Shown: piece after piece, positions 20,130 to 32,425 of the stretch
Layout: every line of letters starts with the position of its first letter
Position numbering within the stretch: position 1 is the stretch's first letter
DNA from: Calditrichia bacterium
GTDB taxonomy: Bacteria > Calditrichota > Calditrichia > RBG-13-44-9 > J075
Direction of reading: 5' to 3'
Assembly (NCBI GenBank): GCA_050633245.1
Contig: JBOEGD010000027.1
Location: 40,339-104,338 of the forward strand
DNA: 64,000 bases
Notes under the pieces: generated by a model
Told to the model about the DNA's origin: nothing
Seen by the model: the letters and a program-made list of their open reading frames with translations, nothing else
The model's database searches: none
Program-made: the position numbers and the translations under genes

Positions 20130-20603
20130 TTACGTATTCAGCGTGATACTAGCAACATTTTTCTTAAGAACATCCTCATTGAGCGGGAAGTTATTGTTAA
20201 GCAAATGATCCAAAGAAATCATGTCAAAAAACAACTGTAATTGAGATTGAATCTTTTCCATTGGCTGGCGAATGTTACAATTATAGAGTTGATCGCAGGT
20301 ACAGGCTTTAGAGCTATCGGAAATACATCCTACCAGTTCGATTGGCCCTTCAATCGTTCGCACAATATCTGTCAGCTTAATCGTCTCCGGACCCTTCTGT
20401 AAATAATAGCCACCTTTTGCACCTTGCACAGAAAGAACGATTTCAGCTTTTGCCAGTTTCTGTAGCACCTTGCCCACTACTTCCTGAGGCATGTTGAACT
20501 TCAGGGAAAGTTCTTTAGCGGTGGTTAATTCACCTACGTTTCGCTTCGCCATGTACATCATGGCGATTAAAGAATATTCAACTTTTCTGCTAAAGCGTAT
20601 CAT
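20130..20603 (-). CDS. Rrf2 family Fe-S regulator (IscR-like)
   Basis: SVQGAKGGY wing, IEGP, Cys cluster C-x7-CTC-x5-C; first gene of the suf operon. Confidence 0.9.
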   Translation of the reverse strand: MIRFSRKVEYSLIAMMYMAKRNVGELTTAKELSLKFNMPQEVVGKVLQKLAKAEIVLSVQGAKGGYYLQKGPETIKLTDIVRTIEGPIELVGCISDSSKACTCDQLYNCNIRQPMEKIQSQLQLFFDMISLDHLLNNNFPLNEDVLKKNVASITLNT

Positions 20604-20613
20604 CTCGTTGGCT

Positions 20614-20690
20614 ATACCCGACTAAATTTGTCTTGTTTAAGGTCAAAAAAAATGCGTCGCTTGTCAAATAGGACTAAAATTGTCTTATTT
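20614..20690 (-). promoter_or_regulatory. Two IscR type-1-like operators flanking a TTGACA -35 element of the rrf2-suf operon
   Basis: ATACCCGACTAAATTTGTCTTGTTT (20614-20638) and AAATAGGACTAAAATTGTCTTATTT (20666-20690); TTGACA on the minus strand at 20667-20662. Confidence 0.7.
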
Positions 20691-20854
20691 GCGACTAAAT
20701 ATATATTTTCCCTCGATTGCTGTCAATAGTTATTTTAGGTTTTAGCAAACTAAAGCGCTCAAAGCGCTCAACAACATCCCCTTCACATTTATCACTCTTG
20801 ATTTCCAAAGAGCCACCGCGTATATTTTTGCGCACTGTAACAAAGAGAACGATC

Positions 20855-22873
20855 ATGTCACCACAGCAAACCACTCCATATAACTCCGGATTTCTTAATT
20901 TCTTAAGTCGGCATCGCTGGCTGGCGCGCATTTTTTTACTTTTACTTCCAGTTGGGTTTTTTGTACTCCTGGAAGGTGGGCTGCGAATAGTTGACTATGG
21001 ACAGACAAGCGAGCCATTTATCCCCTTTCAGTCAGCGGAAGGCTATCTTGGCATAAATCAGGAGCTGGGCCGGCGCTTCTTTCCAACCGTTGGCGTTGCT
21101 CCGGCAAGTTCCAAGACCGATGCGATCCTTGAGAAAAAGCCGGACGAGAGCTTTCGTATTTTCGCCCTTGGCGGTTCAACGATGGCCGGCTATCCCTATT
21201 TGTTCAATGCCTCCTTCCCCTCTTTGATGCGCGGTATGCTTCAGGAAGCCTACCCTGACAAACTGATTGAGGTAGCAAATCTCGGTATGTCCGCCGTACC
21301 GAGCTACGCCGTAAGAGACATCGCGCAGGACCTTGAAAAATATGAACCAGATATGCTGGTTGTTTACAGTGGTCACAATGAGTTTTACGGGGCACTGGGT
21401 GTCGCATCTGCAGAGTCGCTTGGTCGCCGGCGCTCGACGGTTTTGTCTTATCTCTATCTCTATCGGTTTAAAACCGTGCAACTGCTCAGTAATCTTATTC
21501 GCAGCGGTCGCAGCGCACTGCGATCGGCAATTGCTCCGGAAAACGTATCCGGCACCCTAATGGAGCGCATGGCAGGTGATCGCTATATATCGTATAACAG
21601 TGAGATCTTTCAAAAAGCAGCGGAAAATTTTCGAGCGAATCTGCAGGATGTTGCTGACGTGGCCAGAGCACAGGACATTCCTCTGCTCATTGGTACTCTG
21701 GTAAGCAATATTCGCGACCAGCGTCCATTTGTAGACGTATTTGCCGATGAGTTGTCGCGAGCAGACTGGCAGCAAACATACAACCGGGCACTGGCATTCT
21801 TTCAGCAGAAAAACTGGAATGCCTGTTTAAGCGAGCTAAATAACTGTATCGAGATCGATTCTCTTCCAGCTTCACAATATTACATCCGTGGAGAAGTGTA
21901 TGAGCAGCTTGAAAAATATGCCATGGCAAAAGTTGACTTTTATAAGGCAAAAGAGTTTGATGGACTGAGGTTTCGCGCAGCGGAGCATTTGAATGATATT
22001 ATATGGGAATTTGACGCGCTTCCTCACGTTACCGTAATTGATGTGAAACGATCTTTTGAATTGGCTTCGTCCAATGAAATCCCCGGCAAGACGCTATTAC
22101 TAGAACATCTCCACCCAAATGTTGAGGGTTATGAAATAATGGCGCGCAGCTATACCGCGACAATTTTAGCTAAAGCCTGGCTGACAAAACCTCATATATC
22201 AGAGGCCGACTCTCTTTTACAGACCTTGCCGGTGACAGAAGCAGATCGAGAAGCCGGGAAAATTCGTATTGACTACCTGATGCAGGGGTGGCCATTTACC
22301 GATCGTTCAGCCCCACCTGTTGAAAGCTATCGTATTGCCAATCCTTCAAAAATTCAACAGCTTGCTCTGCAGTATTGGCGCGAGGAAATAAGTTGGGAAG
22401 AGCTGCATGTGCAGGCGGCCGAGTATTATCAGAAGAAAGGCAAAAAAGAGTTGGCAGCAAAAGAGTATCTCGCTCTTAAACACGCACTTGGAATGAACAC
22501 CTCTATCTACCCTTTGCTGGCCAAACAGTATCGCTCGATGGGAGCGCTTGAAGAAGCATTGAAGGTAGTAAGAGAACAGTTAAAACACGAGACAAGCGCA
22601 GAGGCCTGCACTCAGATGGGCGCATTGTTGCTTCAGCTGGAGCGACCAAATGAAGCACTGGTTTACCTGGAAAAAGCTGCAGACCTGAAATCACCGTCAT
22701 TAAATTTGCGATTCCTCTTAGCGAAGACGTATGCTGCTACGGACAGAAAAGACAAGGCGCGCGTATTTGCCTCGCGGTTGGGTTGGAAGCAAAGCGATAT
22801 CGAAGCTCTGCTGAATCCCACTGAGCCGGCGGCAATCGATAGCAGTGATACTGCGAAGAAAGAGGCGGATTAG
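20855..22873 (+). CDS. Membrane-anchored SGNH/GDSL-hydrolase-like protein with TPR repeats
   Basis: TM LLEGGLR, GGST..G, NLG, YSGHNEFYG, EHLHPN, C-terminal TPRs; start trimmed to ATG 20855. Confidence 0.8.
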   Translation: MSPQQTTPYNSGFLNFLSRHRWLARIFLLLLPVGFFVLLEGGLRIVDYGQTSEPFIPFQSAEGYLGINQELGRRFFPTVGVAPASSKTDAILEKKPDESFRIFALGGSTMAGYPYLFNASFPSLMRGMLQEAYPDKLIEVANLGMSAVPSYAVRDIAQDLEKYEPDMLVVYSGHNEFYGALGVASAESLGRRRSTVLSYLYLYRFKTVQLLSNLIRSGRSALRSAIAPENVSGTLMERMAGDRYISYNSEIFQKAAENFRANLQDVADVARAQDIPLLIGTLVSNIRDQRPFVDVFADELSRADWQQTYNRALAFFQQKNWNACLSELNNCIEIDSLPASQYYIRGEVYEQLEKYAMAKVDFYKAKEFDGLRFRAAEHLNDIIWEFDALPHVTVIDVKRSFELASSNEIPGKTLLLEHLHPNVEGYEIMARSYTATILAKAWLTKPHISEADSLLQTLPVTEADREAGKIRIDYLMQGWPFTDRSAPPVESYRIANPSKIQQLALQYWREEISWEELHVQAAEYYQKKGKKELAAKEYLALKHALGMNTSIYPLLAKQYRSMGALEEALKVVREQLKHETSAEACTQMGALLLQLERPNEALVYLEKAADLKSPSLNLRFLLAKTYAATDRKDKARVFASRLGWKQSDIEALLNPTEPAAIDSSDTAKKEAD

Positions 22874-22874
22874 A

Positions 22875-23768
22875 ATGGATCGAATTCTAAAGTTAATCTT
22901 CCTGAGCATTGTTTGGGGAACAACCTGGGTCGCCATCAAATACTCACTTCACGGGTTTCCGCCATTTTTGGGCGCTTCTCTTCGCTTCACTGTTGCAATG
23001 TTAGTTCTGGTTGGCTATGCCTGGGTTAAAGGCATTTCGCTGAAGATACCAGAGGGTTCATTTCGCTACATCTTTATTTGCGCTACGCTACTCTATCTGC
23101 TGGACTATGGTGTTATTTATTGGGGTGAACAATATTTATATGCCGGGGTTACCGCTATCTTTTTTGCTACATTCCCGATATTTACCGGCTTGCTTTCTGC
23201 CTTCGTCTTCAAAACAGAGCCACTTCGCATAAACACGATCCTTGGTCTTTTAGTCGCTTTTGTTGGTATCGCCATTATTTTTTACGATCAGTTTTTGCTG
23301 ACAGACTTTAGCGGGCTAACGCTGATCGCTTCAATCGGCATAATTGTTAGCGCCCTTAGTGCAGCACTCTCCGTATTAATTGTAAAAAAACACTTATCGC
23401 ATGTAGAAATTATTCCACTCACCCTGCATCAAATGTTTTGGGGAACGCTTACGCTGATAGTCGGTGGATTCTTGCGAGGCGAAACGCTTTCTCTGCAGCT
23501 GGACACGGCAGCAATTATTGCGGTGCTTTATATGGGTATCATTGCCTCAGCACTGGCCTTCGTGCTTTATTATTCGCTATTGAAGCAAATGAGTCCGACA
23601 TCGCTTTCATTAATTATTTATGTAACGCCTCTGGTGGGTATTCTTTCCGGTTGGATGTTCCTCGATGAAAAGATCACGTCTCAAATTATTATTGGCAGTG
23701 CGTTGATTCTCTTTGGTATAGCAGTATCCCAGTACCACGACCTGCGTAAATCGGCCCTGGCAAAATAA
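22875..23768 (+). CDS. EamA/DMT family transporter
   Basis: IVWGTTW, PP...ASLRF, Y.TPLV...GW..L.E; about 10 TM. Confidence 0.9.
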   Translation: MDRILKLIFLSIVWGTTWVAIKYSLHGFPPFLGASLRFTVAMLVLVGYAWVKGISLKIPEGSFRYIFICATLLYLLDYGVIYWGEQYLYAGVTAIFFATFPIFTGLLSAFVFKTEPLRINTILGLLVAFVGIAIIFYDQFLLTDFSGLTLIASIGIIVSALSAALSVLIVKKHLSHVEIIPLTLHQMFWGTLTLIVGGFLRGETLSLQLDTAAIIAVLYMGIIASALAFVLYYSLLKQMSPTSLSLIIYVTPLVGILSGWMFLDEKITSQIIIGSALILFGIAVSQYHDLRKSALAK

Positions 23769-23806
23769 AAAAACGGCCGAGAGACCCCTCTCCCGACCGC
23801 TTTTTC
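23766..23806. terminator. Probable bidirectional terminator between convergent genes
   Basis: A-tract, CGGCCGAGAGA-cccc-TCTCCCGACCG stem, then T-tract. Confidence 0.6.
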
Positions 23807-23839
23807 TACGTTCAACACCGAAGTGTTGTTTTATTTCGT

Positions 23840-25513
23840 TTACTTCGTAAGAATCATCTGTTTTGTCTGCACGTATGTTCCGGCGGCCAAGCGGTAGAAA
23901 TAAACACCGCCTGCAACAGTAGAGCCACTGTTGTTCTTACCATCCCACTCTACTTCATACTGACCAGCGCTCATCTGCTCGCCAACAAGAGTGCGAATTT
24001 CACGACCGTTCAAATCAAATATTTTCAGCGAAACAGAAGCCTGTTCAGCAGCAACACCAAAGCGAATTGTCGTTGTTGGATTGAACGGATTCGGATAGTT
24101 TTGCTCAAGCTGGAAATTTTCGGGCGCAATGGTGGAAAGCGTGGTATATACCGGGTCGCATATTGTGCTGTTTCCCTGCATGTCAAAGACTTCCAGAACA
24201 ACGGTTGATCCCTTGTTGCCATTAATCTTTTCAGCAATGACTATTATCGGATCAGTTGTTCCCGGGGTAAAAGCCGGAACCATCACATCGGCATTTTTCG
24301 CCTTAAGCACATTTACATGTGAAAGCCCGCTTTCGCTATCCTGTAACATAACGGAAAGCGTTACCGGTGGTCCGGGGACAACGCTGACAATCTCGCAATC
24401 CGGATTATTTTCGTCAGGGATCGGGGGCACAAAATTCTGATTTACATTACAATTTCCTGTCGTATTCAATTGTGGTTCTTCCCACGCGAAGTCTTCATAT
24501 ACCAATCCATCTCCGCCAAGCTGTAGAGAAAAGTCAACCGGAGTGCCGCTGGTTTCTCCAACGCCAATGTCTTCGCTTGTCATGCCATCAGCAGGGCCAT
24601 TCATAGCCATGAATGAACCTTCATAGCTCAGAAATTGAACGACATTTCCAGCATCATCTACAAGAGCAAGTCCGTCTGGTGCACCATTCTGAATACCTGT
24701 AAAGAAGAACTCCCGCGTTCCGATTCCATTACACTGATCTTCGAAAGCACCAAAGCAATCGATTGTGCCATAAGAATTGCCATTCGAACCATTATATAGC
24801 ACAATGCTCCATCCGTCCAGGCTTTCACCAGCCGGACCGGCAATTTCGACAACTTCATTAAGGTCTCCGCTTACATTGTCGTAGTGAAGTTCGTTAACAA
24901 AAATCGGTGTTTCCGTCGGAGTTGGCGGCGGAGGTGGTGGTGGCGGAGTTCCACCATCGAAGGCCTGACCGTTGTTTACAGCATCATATGTAGAGGCAGA
25001 TTCAGTTTGCCAGGTAAATTCTTCGTATGTGCTGCCGGTTCCACCTAATTGAAGGGAGGAACCAACCGGAGTGGAGCTGGATTCAGTAACACCAATGTCT
25101 TCACTGGTTTGGCCGGCAGCAGGACCGGAAGTTGCAACAAAGCTCCCCTCATAACTTAAGAACTGAACAACATTTCCGGCATCATCAACCAGAGCCAGTC
25201 CATCCGGAGCGCCGTTCTGAATCCCGGCTTGGGCAAAGAAAGCAACGCCAAAGCCATCCCCAAGGTCAGATAATGTGCCTGAGAGATCAATCGTGTTATA
25301 CACATTAAGTTGTGTTGAGCTGCCGTTGTAAAGCGCGACGCTCCAACCACTAAGGTCAGTGCCTTCAGGTCCGGCAATTTCGACGCCTTCACCGGCATCG
25401 CCGCTAACATTATCATAATGTATTTCATTTATAAAGACTGACGTCTGGGCAAACACTGCCCCGAGAGAAAAGACTAGTAAAAAAAGTAATACTCTGGTAA
25501 ATACCCCTTGCAT
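23840..25513 (-). CDS. Secreted protein: two lamin-tail-like repeats, poly-Pro linker, Ig-like domain and FlgD/T9SS-like C-terminal domain
   Basis: Signal peptide from ATG 25513; duplicated INE.HYDN.SGD...IQNGAPDGLALVD...QFLSYEG; QNYPNPFNP. Confidence 0.8.
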   Translation of the reverse strand: MQGVFTRVLLFLLVFSLGAVFAQTSVFINEIHYDNVSGDAGEGVEIAGPEGTDLSGWSVALYNGSSTQLNVYNTIDLSGTLSDLGDGFGVAFFAQAGIQNGAPDGLALVDDAGNVVQFLSYEGSFVATSGPAAGQTSEDIGVTESSSTPVGSSLQLGGTGSTYEEFTWQTESASTYDAVNNGQAFDGGTPPPPPPPPTPTETPIFVNELHYDNVSGDLNEVVEIAGPAGESLDGWSIVLYNGSNGNSYGTIDCFGAFEDQCNGIGTREFFFTGIQNGAPDGLALVDDAGNVVQFLSYEGSFMAMNGPADGMTSEDIGVGETSGTPVDFSLQLGGDGLVYEDFAWEEPQLNTTGNCNVNQNFVPPIPDENNPDCEIVSVVPGPPVTLSVMLQDSESGLSHVNVLKAKNADVMVPAFTPGTTDPIIVIAEKINGNKGSTVVLEVFDMQGNSTICDPVYTTLSTIAPENFQLEQNYPNPFNPTTTIRFGVAAEQASVSLKIFDLNGREIRTLVGEQMSAGQYEVEWDGKNNSGSTVAGGVYFYRLAAGTYVQTKQMILTK

Positions 25514-25804
25514 AAATCCTCCATCTGCATTGTGGTGTGATAGTGAAATGCTATGATATGTTGGAAAAGATCGATACGAATAGAACGACTGGGACAACAA
25601 TATGTAAATAAGCGAAGAAAGGAGCTTCGCTAAAATAGGCCACGGGAATTCAGCGATAATAAGCCTGAACTCTGCTCAAATGCAGCAAAAAATGTGGTAA
25701 AAGATCCCAATAAAAAGGCTGGAAAGTTATCCCATAACACTTAAGGATAATACGATGCCACCGGCATTTACCAATGTGCCGAAGGTCACAATCGGGTTTG
25801 TGAA

Positions 25805-28132
25805 TCAGATTTTTTTCAAGACATCCTTAAGCGCATTTACAAGACGGTCAGCATTCCCCCGCGAGAATACCAGAGGTGGCTTTAACTTTATCACATTGTC
25901 GAACGGACCATCCGTGCTGATCAGGATATAGTTTTCGCGCATCTCGTTTTTGACCGCTGCTGCTTCGCTGGTGGCAGGCTCGAGCGTGTTTTTATCCCGA
26001 ACTAGTTCCATTCCGATAAAAAGTCCGCTACCTCGCACATCGCCAATTAACGGATGTTCCAGCTCCAGCAAGCGTTCCTTCAAATAGTTGCCGACTTCAA
26101 ATGCATGCTGTTGTAGTCCTTCTTTTTCAATAATATCCAGAACGGTCATCCCAATCAGACAGGAGACGGGGTTTCCCCCGAAAGTATTGAAATACTCCAT
26201 GCCATTTGCAAATGAATCGGCAATTTCGGGAGTTGTAACCACCGCGGCCAGCGGATGTCCGTTTCCAATCGGCTTTCCGAGCGTAACGACATCCGGCTGA
26301 GCAGACTGCATATCAAATCCCCAAAAATGGCTGCCTACTCTGCCAAATCCCACCTGAACCTCATCAGCGACACCAACACCACCATTCTTTCTAAGCAATT
26401 CGAAAGCGCCCTTTAAATACCCTTCCGGCAGCACAACCTGCCCTCCACAACCTAGCAGTGATTCTGCAAACAGCGCAGCTGGAGCTTGATCTGCGGCAGT
26501 CATGTTCTTGATAACGGCATCCGCATCGGCAAGATAAGCCGCAGTTGGATCTGAGTGTGATGCCCGATATTTGCCTCGATACGTATCCGGCATATCCAGC
26601 TGATGCGTGGTTGGCACTTTCCCCGCACCTCCCCTGCCCTCGTATTTGTAAGGACTCAGCTCAAGAATGGAATTCGTATGTCCATGATACGCGCCATCAA
26701 GCACCAGCACATCTTTTCTGCCGGTATGAATTCGCGCCATACGCAATGCCAAATCGTTGGCTTCGCTGCCACTGTTAACAAAAAAGCAAACGGACAGCTT
26801 GTCGGGCATAGTCGCGGTCAGGCGGTCGGCATAGGTCAGGATATGCTCGTGCAGATAACGAGTATTAGTGTTAAGCGTCGCCATTTGCTTTTGCACCTGT
26901 CTTACAATTTGCGGGTGAGCATGTCCGACATGGCATACGTTGTTGACGCAATCCAGATAAGTGTCCCCGACATCATCCAGTAAGTATTGCATGGCCCCAC
27001 GCACTATAGTCAAGGGCCTGGAATAGGCGACACTGAGATTTCGTCCAATCTTCTTTTTACGCTTTTTTAGCAACTCTTCTTGTGGCGTCGACAGTGGAGC
27101 ACTCATTCCACAAGCTGCTCGTAACCGGCGCTTCGCGGCTAGCGGGTTCATTTCAAGCAGCTGCATCAACAGTACTCTCGCATTATCGAAGGACGTGGCA
27201 ACATAATCAGAGGTATTGCCTTCACCCTGTTTTTTTAGACACATCAATAGCGAAACGCAAAGCCGGGCAGCAACCAGATAGTACAGCGCATCGACTTCCC
27301 TTTCACTAAGTGGTCGCTCCTTGTGATATCCTCGCACCATGTCTTCTGCAACCAAAAGCGGGTCCTGCTGACGAAAAACACTATAGGTCAACGAAATTGC
27401 CAGATTGCAAACTGTAGCAGTATAAACCGTATCACCATAATCGATTAGTCCGACTAACCCAAGCGGTTCACCCTGCGCGGTTATCAGAATATTATCCGCA
27501 TGTGCATCGTTGTGAACCACGCTTTTGGGCATTTTATCCAATTCGGGTAGAACGTTCACCTCAAACTGAAGCAGAAAATGATCTATTGTGCGTCTCAGTT
27601 CAGTATCCTGAACGTAGCTCAACAAATGACGGTGTTTATGACAATGTATAATATCCCAATCCAGCGTACGATTTAAGCCGGGATGGTAAAAGTCGAGCAA
27701 TTCTCTATCGAGTATGCCGAGAGCCGAGCCGATGTCACCAGCAAGTGGGGAAAGATCGTCGAGGTCAGACAGAAAGCGACCTTGTAAAAAGGTAAGCAGC
27801 CGAAGATAGACTAATTGCCCATCAGAAAGTTTGAGGTGGACAATCTGTTCACCATCGAGGGAAAAAAGCACTTCAGGATAAGTGAACGGGTGTTTCGCTT
27901 TAGCAAGCCTTAGCAGAAGCGTATTTTGCCCCCGAATTTCCCAAAGAGGGGTATCAGGATTGGATATCTTTAATATAGCAGGAGCGCGATTTTCAGAGCG
28001 AATGCAAAAGGTTCGGTCATCATAACTGTCCAGAGGCTGAATTTTTCCGGAAATTCCGAAAACCTCTTCAGCCAGCTGTTTCGCGTGTTCATCGGTAATC
28101 GCTTCGAATGATTCGGCCGCGATTTGGATCAT
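25805..28132 (-). CDS. APH-like kinase fused to class-III PLP enzyme (hydroxylysine kinase / 5-phosphohydroxylysine phospho-lyase-like)
   Basis: N-terminal HNDAHADN and IDYGD; C-terminal [35 protein letters not shown]. Confidence 0.85.
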   Translation of the reverse strand: MIQIAAESFEAITDEHAKQLAEEVFGISGKIQPLDSYDDRTFCIRSENRAPAILKISNPDTPLWEIRGQNTLLLRLAKAKHPFTYPEVLFSLDGEQIVHLKLSDGQLVYLRLLTFLQGRFLSDLDDLSPLAGDIGSALGILDRELLDFYHPGLNRTLDWDIIHCHKHRHLLSYVQDTELRRTIDHFLLQFEVNVLPELDKMPKSVVHNDAHADNILITAQGEPLGLVGLIDYGDTVYTATVCNLAISLTYSVFRQQDPLLVAEDMVRGYHKERPLSEREVDALYYLVAARLCVSLLMCLKKQGEGNTSDYVATSFDNARVLLMQLLEMNPLAAKRRLRAACGMSAPLSTPQEELLKKRKKKIGRNLSVAYSRPLTIVRGAMQYLLDDVGDTYLDCVNNVCHVGHAHPQIVRQVQKQMATLNTNTRYLHEHILTYADRLTATMPDKLSVCFFVNSGSEANDLALRMARIHTGRKDVLVLDGAYHGHTNSILELSPYKYEGRGGAGKVPTTHQLDMPDTYRGKYRASHSDPTAAYLADADAVIKNMTAADQAPAALFAESLLGCGGQVVLPEGYLKGAFELLRKNGGVGVADEVQVGFGRVGSHFWGFDMQSAQPDVVTLGKPIGNGHPLAAVVTTPEIADSFANGMEYFNTFGGNPVSCLIGMTVLDIIEKEGLQQHAFEVGNYLKERLLELEHPLIGDVRGSGLFIGMELVRDKNTLEPATSEAAAVKNEMRENYILISTDGPFDNVIKLKPPLVFSRGNADRLVNALKDVLKKI

Positions 28133-28201
28133 GTGCTGCTCCTGTGGTTAGCATTCGCAGGAATATAAGCACACCAGGCAAAAAATGTGATCAATAATAT
28201 G

Positions 28202-31200
28202 CTATTTTTCGAGCGGCTCGAATACAGCTTCCTTCTTTACCTCGCGCTTGATTTGACGATCCAGAGCTGCAAGAAGTTCTTTCTTGCGAATCGGTTTAGT
28301 TACGTAGTCATTCATTCCTGCCTGCAAACATTTATCACGGTCTCCCTTCATTGCATTTGCGGTAAGAGCAATAATTGGAATATCCGGATGGCTATTTTCC
28401 TCAGAAGCCAGCTTACGAATCTTTCTCGTCGCCGAAAGGCCATCAAGAACTGGCATCTGAACATCCATCAAGATGGCATCAAATCGCGTTTTCTTTAGCT
28501 CATCAATGGCCTGCTGGCCATCACCTACACACGTAACCTTATACCCCATTCTGTCGAGCATCTTGGAGGCAACTTTCTGATTCACCTTATTATCTTCGGC
28601 GAGCAAAAGATGCGCACTGGAACGACGATTTTCTTCCAACGAATAGCGAGTTAGAATTGGCTGACTTGCCTGTTCTTCCGCCTTCATCCCCAAAACGATG
28701 GCCAGACTATCGTAAAGTTGGCGATGTTTCAAAGGCTTGGTAAGATAGGCAGCAAACCCTATTTTGTGCATTCGTGCTGCATCTCCGCGCTGCCCAACAG
28801 AGGTAAACATAATCAGTCGAAGATCGCTCAGCGCTGCTTCAGACTTGATAATCTTTCCGAGTTCCTCGCCATCAAGAACAGGCATCTGCATGTCAACAAT
28901 TGCCACATCGAAGGGATTGCCCCCTGCTGCTGCGCTGCGAATTTTTTTGAGGGCTTCACCACCATCAATGGCTTCCTCCCAGGAACAGTCCCAGTATTTC
29001 AGCTGCTCGCCAACCACAAAACGATTGGTCGGATTATCGTCAATTAGAAGAATACGCTTTTCACGTATCGAGGGAAGATGTTTAAATCGTGGCAGAGAAC
29101 TCGGCTTTGAAAGAGTATGTCTTGTTGTAAACCAAAAAGTAGCGCCTTGTCCTACTTCACTTTCAACACCTATTTCACCACCCATCATTTCCACAAGCTG
29201 TCGCGAGATTGTTAAGCCCAAACCGGTGCCGCCAAACTTGCGTGTCGTGGAAGAATCAACTTGTGTAAACGATTCAAAGATTTTATCAAGTCGCTCGGCA
29301 GGTATTCCAATTCCGGTATCCCGAACCTCGAATTTCAGGGTGATGCTTTCAGCATCGCTATCAACAACGGAGGAAGAAATTGCCACCTCTCCTGCCCTCG
29401 TAAACTTGACAGCATTATTGGCCAAATTGATTAAAACCTGCTTCAGACGCCCCGGATCTCCTTGAATAGCCGAGGGAACTTCGCTATATACAATACTTGA
29501 AAATCCGATATCCTTCTCATCTGCTTTTATAGAGAGCAAGGCCGCAACATCTTCCATGGCAACGCGAAGGTCGAAGTCAATTATTTCAAGATCCAACTTG
29601 CCCGCTTCGATTTTTGAAAAGTCAAGAATATCATTTATTACCGTTAGCAGGTTGTTACCGCTGGACCGGATCGTCTCACTAAACTCTCGTTGTTCCGCTG
29701 TTAAATTCGTCTCGAGCAGTAAGCTTGTCATGCCGATAACGCCGTTCATCGGCGTGCGTAATTCATGACTCATATTTGCCAGAAAATCACCCTTGGCACG
29801 AGTAGCCTGTTCTGCAACCTCTTTTGCCACCTTCAACTCGAAATTGGCATCTGTTAATTCGGCTGTTCTAATTCTAACATGTTCTTCAAGCTTATAATAA
29901 AGGTTCCGCATACGTCTGGTTCGATATTTATATAGCTTAAACATCAGAAAGACTAAAATAGCCGAGGTGGTCATAATAAACCACACCGACTGCCAGAAAG
30001 GTGCCGCGATAATAATATGAAGCTGCTTTTCACTCTCTGCCCATACACCGTCTGCGTTCGCACCCCGCAGCCGAAAGACATATGTTCCCGGAGATAGATT
30101 CGTGTAGGACACGCTACGAACGTTATCTCGAGCCGTTCGCCAGTGTTTATCAAGTCCTTCTAATTTGTAGCCTGCTGTGTTTAGGGTCGGTTTCGAAAAA
30201 TGTAGAACAGCAAACTCTATTTCAAGCGCGAGTTTGGAACCGGATAAGTTCAGCGTATCGCTATTGGAAAGTGAGCTGTTTCTAAAATGATGCACAACTG
30301 CCCCATCTGCTGCAACAGACTGATCATCGAGTTTAACTCTGCCGATAGCCAGCTCCGGAGCAATTGGATTTGCTTGAATTTCCGCCGGGTCAAAATAATT
30401 CAAACCATCAATGCCGCCAAAAAGCATTGTTCCATCGGGTAATTTATGGTGTGCAAGATTAAACTCATTGCTTTGCAATCCATCGAGCAGTGTATAGTTG
30501 TCAATTATTCCTGAAGTAGGATTGTAGCGACACAAGCCATGGTTTGTGCTAACCCAGATATTTCCCTGCGCATCTTCTTCTATCCCATAAATCCAGTTAT
30601 TGCCAAGCCCCTGATTGGAATCTATGTAGCGAATATGACCTTTTTGTCGATCGATCAAATTAATTCCGCCGGTTTCCGTGCCTACCCAAATATTTCCATC
30701 TGCGCTTTGATGCGTAGACCAGATGCTCCGGTCATTGAGCTTTCGGCTTCCGGAAAGTGTGCGATTGTATTCTTCAAAGATTTGTTCATCAGGTTCCATT
30801 ACAAAGAGACCATTAGGAGTGCCTATCCAAATATTTTGAGCATTGTCCTCAGCAATACTAACAATGCTCTCACCCGGCACAGGTTCATTTCCTAAAGACG
30901 TGAAAGTTTTAAATTCCGTTCCACCACGCTCTAGGAGATTGAGCCCGCCACCATCAGTGCCAACCCATAAATTTCCGCGGGAATCTTTAAGTAGCGAAAA
31001 AATCCGATCGTTTCGCAAAGTCCCTTTTTTGTTTTCGTCGTAACGAAAACGAGTCGACTTCCCACTGCGCAAATTCAGATAGTTAAGTCCGGAGTTAGTA
31101 CCGACCCAAATAAAATCTTCTTTATCGGACTCGACAGCCAAAGCCCAGATCCGACTGCTGGTAAGGCTTTCAACATTTTCCTCCTGATGACGAAATACTC

Positions 31201-32425
31201 GTTCACGCCGATAATCCTTATTCAACAAATTCAATCCATCCGCAGTACCGACATAAACACGACCCTTCTTATCACTGGTAACGCTGTAAACACAGCTATT
31301 ACTGAGCGATGAGTCATCGAAAGGATCATGACGCAAAACCCGGAAGTTTTTGCCGCTTAAATCGACTCTGTCAAGTCCACCAATCCAGGTTCCAACCCAG
31401 AGTACATTAGAGCGATCGATATAGAGTGAACGAATGCGGTTATCGCTTATACTTTCAGGCCTGAGTGGATCGCTCTTAAATTGATCGACCTTACCGCGCT
31501 TGCAGTCTACTCTGAACACCCCATCGCCATCACTGCCGACATAGAGTTGTCCATTTGGAGCCTGCAATATAGAAAGCACCCCAATATGCCGAACAAGTTC
31601 ATCCGGATAAGCATTAGCGCTTTTATCAGAACCTGTATGAAGCAGATACAGCCCCACCGAGGTGCCGATCCACAGCGTATCGTTTAGTGCAGAAAAAAGT
31701 GTTTGAATATGAGCTGCATTTTCAATCCCTGAAATCGTTTCTATCTCTGACTGAACTGGTTCACCATTGTTATCGCGTTGTAACGAAAGAACATATAAGC
31801 CAGCTCCGCTGGAAACCCACAGTTTACCATAGTTGTCTTCAACCACAGAATTAACAGCCCAATCACTCTCTTTAGAAAATACCCCCTCTGGTTGAAACCC
31901 GCGAAATGAATCGCGTGCTTCATTCGAAACATACAGCCCGCCCTCGGTGGCGAGCCAAATTCGGCAATGTTTATCTTCCACTATTGCTTTAATAGAGCTA
32001 TGTTCCAAGCCACGAGACCTGGTTGCCTGTTGGCCAAAGTTCAGAAACCTGTCAGTCAGCGGATCATAACGAGACACACCTGACCCATTGCTGCCAATCC
32101 AGAGATTACCATCTGAATCCTCAAGAATTGAGGAAAGACGATTATGAATTAATGATGTAGAGTCTGCACCTCTATGGCGATAGATTCTGAAATCTTGCCC
32201 ATCGAATCGATTCAGTCCGTCCTGACTGCAAAACCACATATAACCAGACCGATCCTGTTGCATTGCAAGAATGCTGCTCTGAGAGATGCCATCGTCAATT
32301 GATAAATTTTGGAACTGAAGGGAATTTTGTTGCGCAAATGTGAAAGAAGAAATGCTCCATAGAATTAGAACACAGTAAGCGCTAAAGCGTGGCCCACACG
32401 AAAACAATTTGACGGCAGCCGACAT
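28202..32425 (-). CDS. Hybrid sensor kinase (beta-propeller Reg_prop repeats, Y_Y_Y, TM, HisKA, HATPase, two REC)
   Basis: [39 protein letters not shown], two D-M/V-QMP receivers; start uncertain (32425-32530). Confidence 0.92.
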   Translation of the reverse strand: MSAAVKLFSCGPRFSAYCVLILWSISSFTFAQQNSLQFQNLSIDDGISQSSILAMQQDRSGYMWFCSQDGLNRFDGQDFRIYRHRGADSTSLIHNRLSSILEDSDGNLWIGSNGSGVSRYDPLTDRFLNFGQQATRSRGLEHSSIKAIVEDKHCRIWLATEGGLYVSNEARDSFRGFQPEGVFSKESDWAVNSVVEDNYGKLWVSSGAGLYVLSLQRDNNGEPVQSEIETISGIENAAHIQTLFSALNDTLWIGTSVGLYLLHTGSDKSANAYPDELVRHIGVLSILQAPNGQLYVGSDGDGVFRVDCKRGKVDQFKSDPLRPESISDNRIRSLYIDRSNVLWVGTWIGGLDRVDLSGKNFRVLRHDPFDDSSLSNSCVYSVTSDKKGRVYVGTADGLNLLNKDYRRERVFRHQEENVESLTSSRIWALAVESDKEDFIWVGTNSGLNYLNLRSGKSTRFRYDENKKGTLRNDRIFSLLKDSRGNLWVGTDGGGLNLLERGGTEFKTFTSLGNEPVPGESIVSIAEDNAQNIWIGTPNGLFVMEPDEQIFEEYNRTLSGSRKLNDRSIWSTHQSADGNIWVGTETGGINLIDRQKGHIRYIDSNQGLGNNWIYGIEEDAQGNIWVSTNHGLCRYNPTSGIIDNYTLLDGLQSNEFNLAHHKLPDGTMLFGGIDGLNYFDPAEIQANPIAPELAIGRVKLDDQSVAADGAVVHHFRNSSLSNSDTLNLSGSKLALEIEFAVLHFSKPTLNTAGYKLEGLDKHWRTARDNVRSVSYTNLSPGTYVFRLRGANADGVWAESEKQLHIIIAAPFWQSVWFIMTTSAILVFLMFKLYKYRTRRMRNLYYKLEEHVRIRTAELTDANFELKVAKEVAEQATRAKGDFLANMSHELRTPMNGVIGMTSLLLETNLTAEQREFSETIRSSGNNLLTVINDILDFSKIEAGKLDLEIIDFDLRVAMEDVAALLSIKADEKDIGFSSIVYSEVPSAIQGDPGRLKQVLINLANNAVKFTRAGEVAISSSVVDSDAESITLKFEVRDTGIGIPAERLDKIFESFTQVDSSTTRKFGGTGLGLTISRQLVEMMGGEIGVESEVGQGATFWFTTRHTLSKPSSLPRFKHLPSIREKRILLIDDNPTNRFVVGEQLKYWDCSWEEAIDGGEALKKIRSAAAGGNPFDVAIVDMQMPVLDGEELGKIIKSEAALSDLRLIMFTSVGQRGDAARMHKIGFAAYLTKPLKHRQLYDSLAIVLGMKAEEQASQPILTRYSLEENRRSSAHLLLAEDNKVNQKVASKMLDRMGYKVTCVGDGQQAIDELKKTRFDAILMDVQMPVLDGLSATRKIRKLASEENSHPDIPIIALTANAMKGDRDKCLQAGMNDYVTKPIRKKELLAALDRQIKREVKKEAVFEPLEK

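Noticed and set aside
20695-20931. 78-aa minus ORF and the 46-aa 5' extension of the SGNH gene
   Set aside because: They span the divergent promoter region and have no RBS or protein-like features.
28764-29465. 233-aa plus-strand ORF
   Set aside because: Antisense shadow of the conserved kinase/receiver region.
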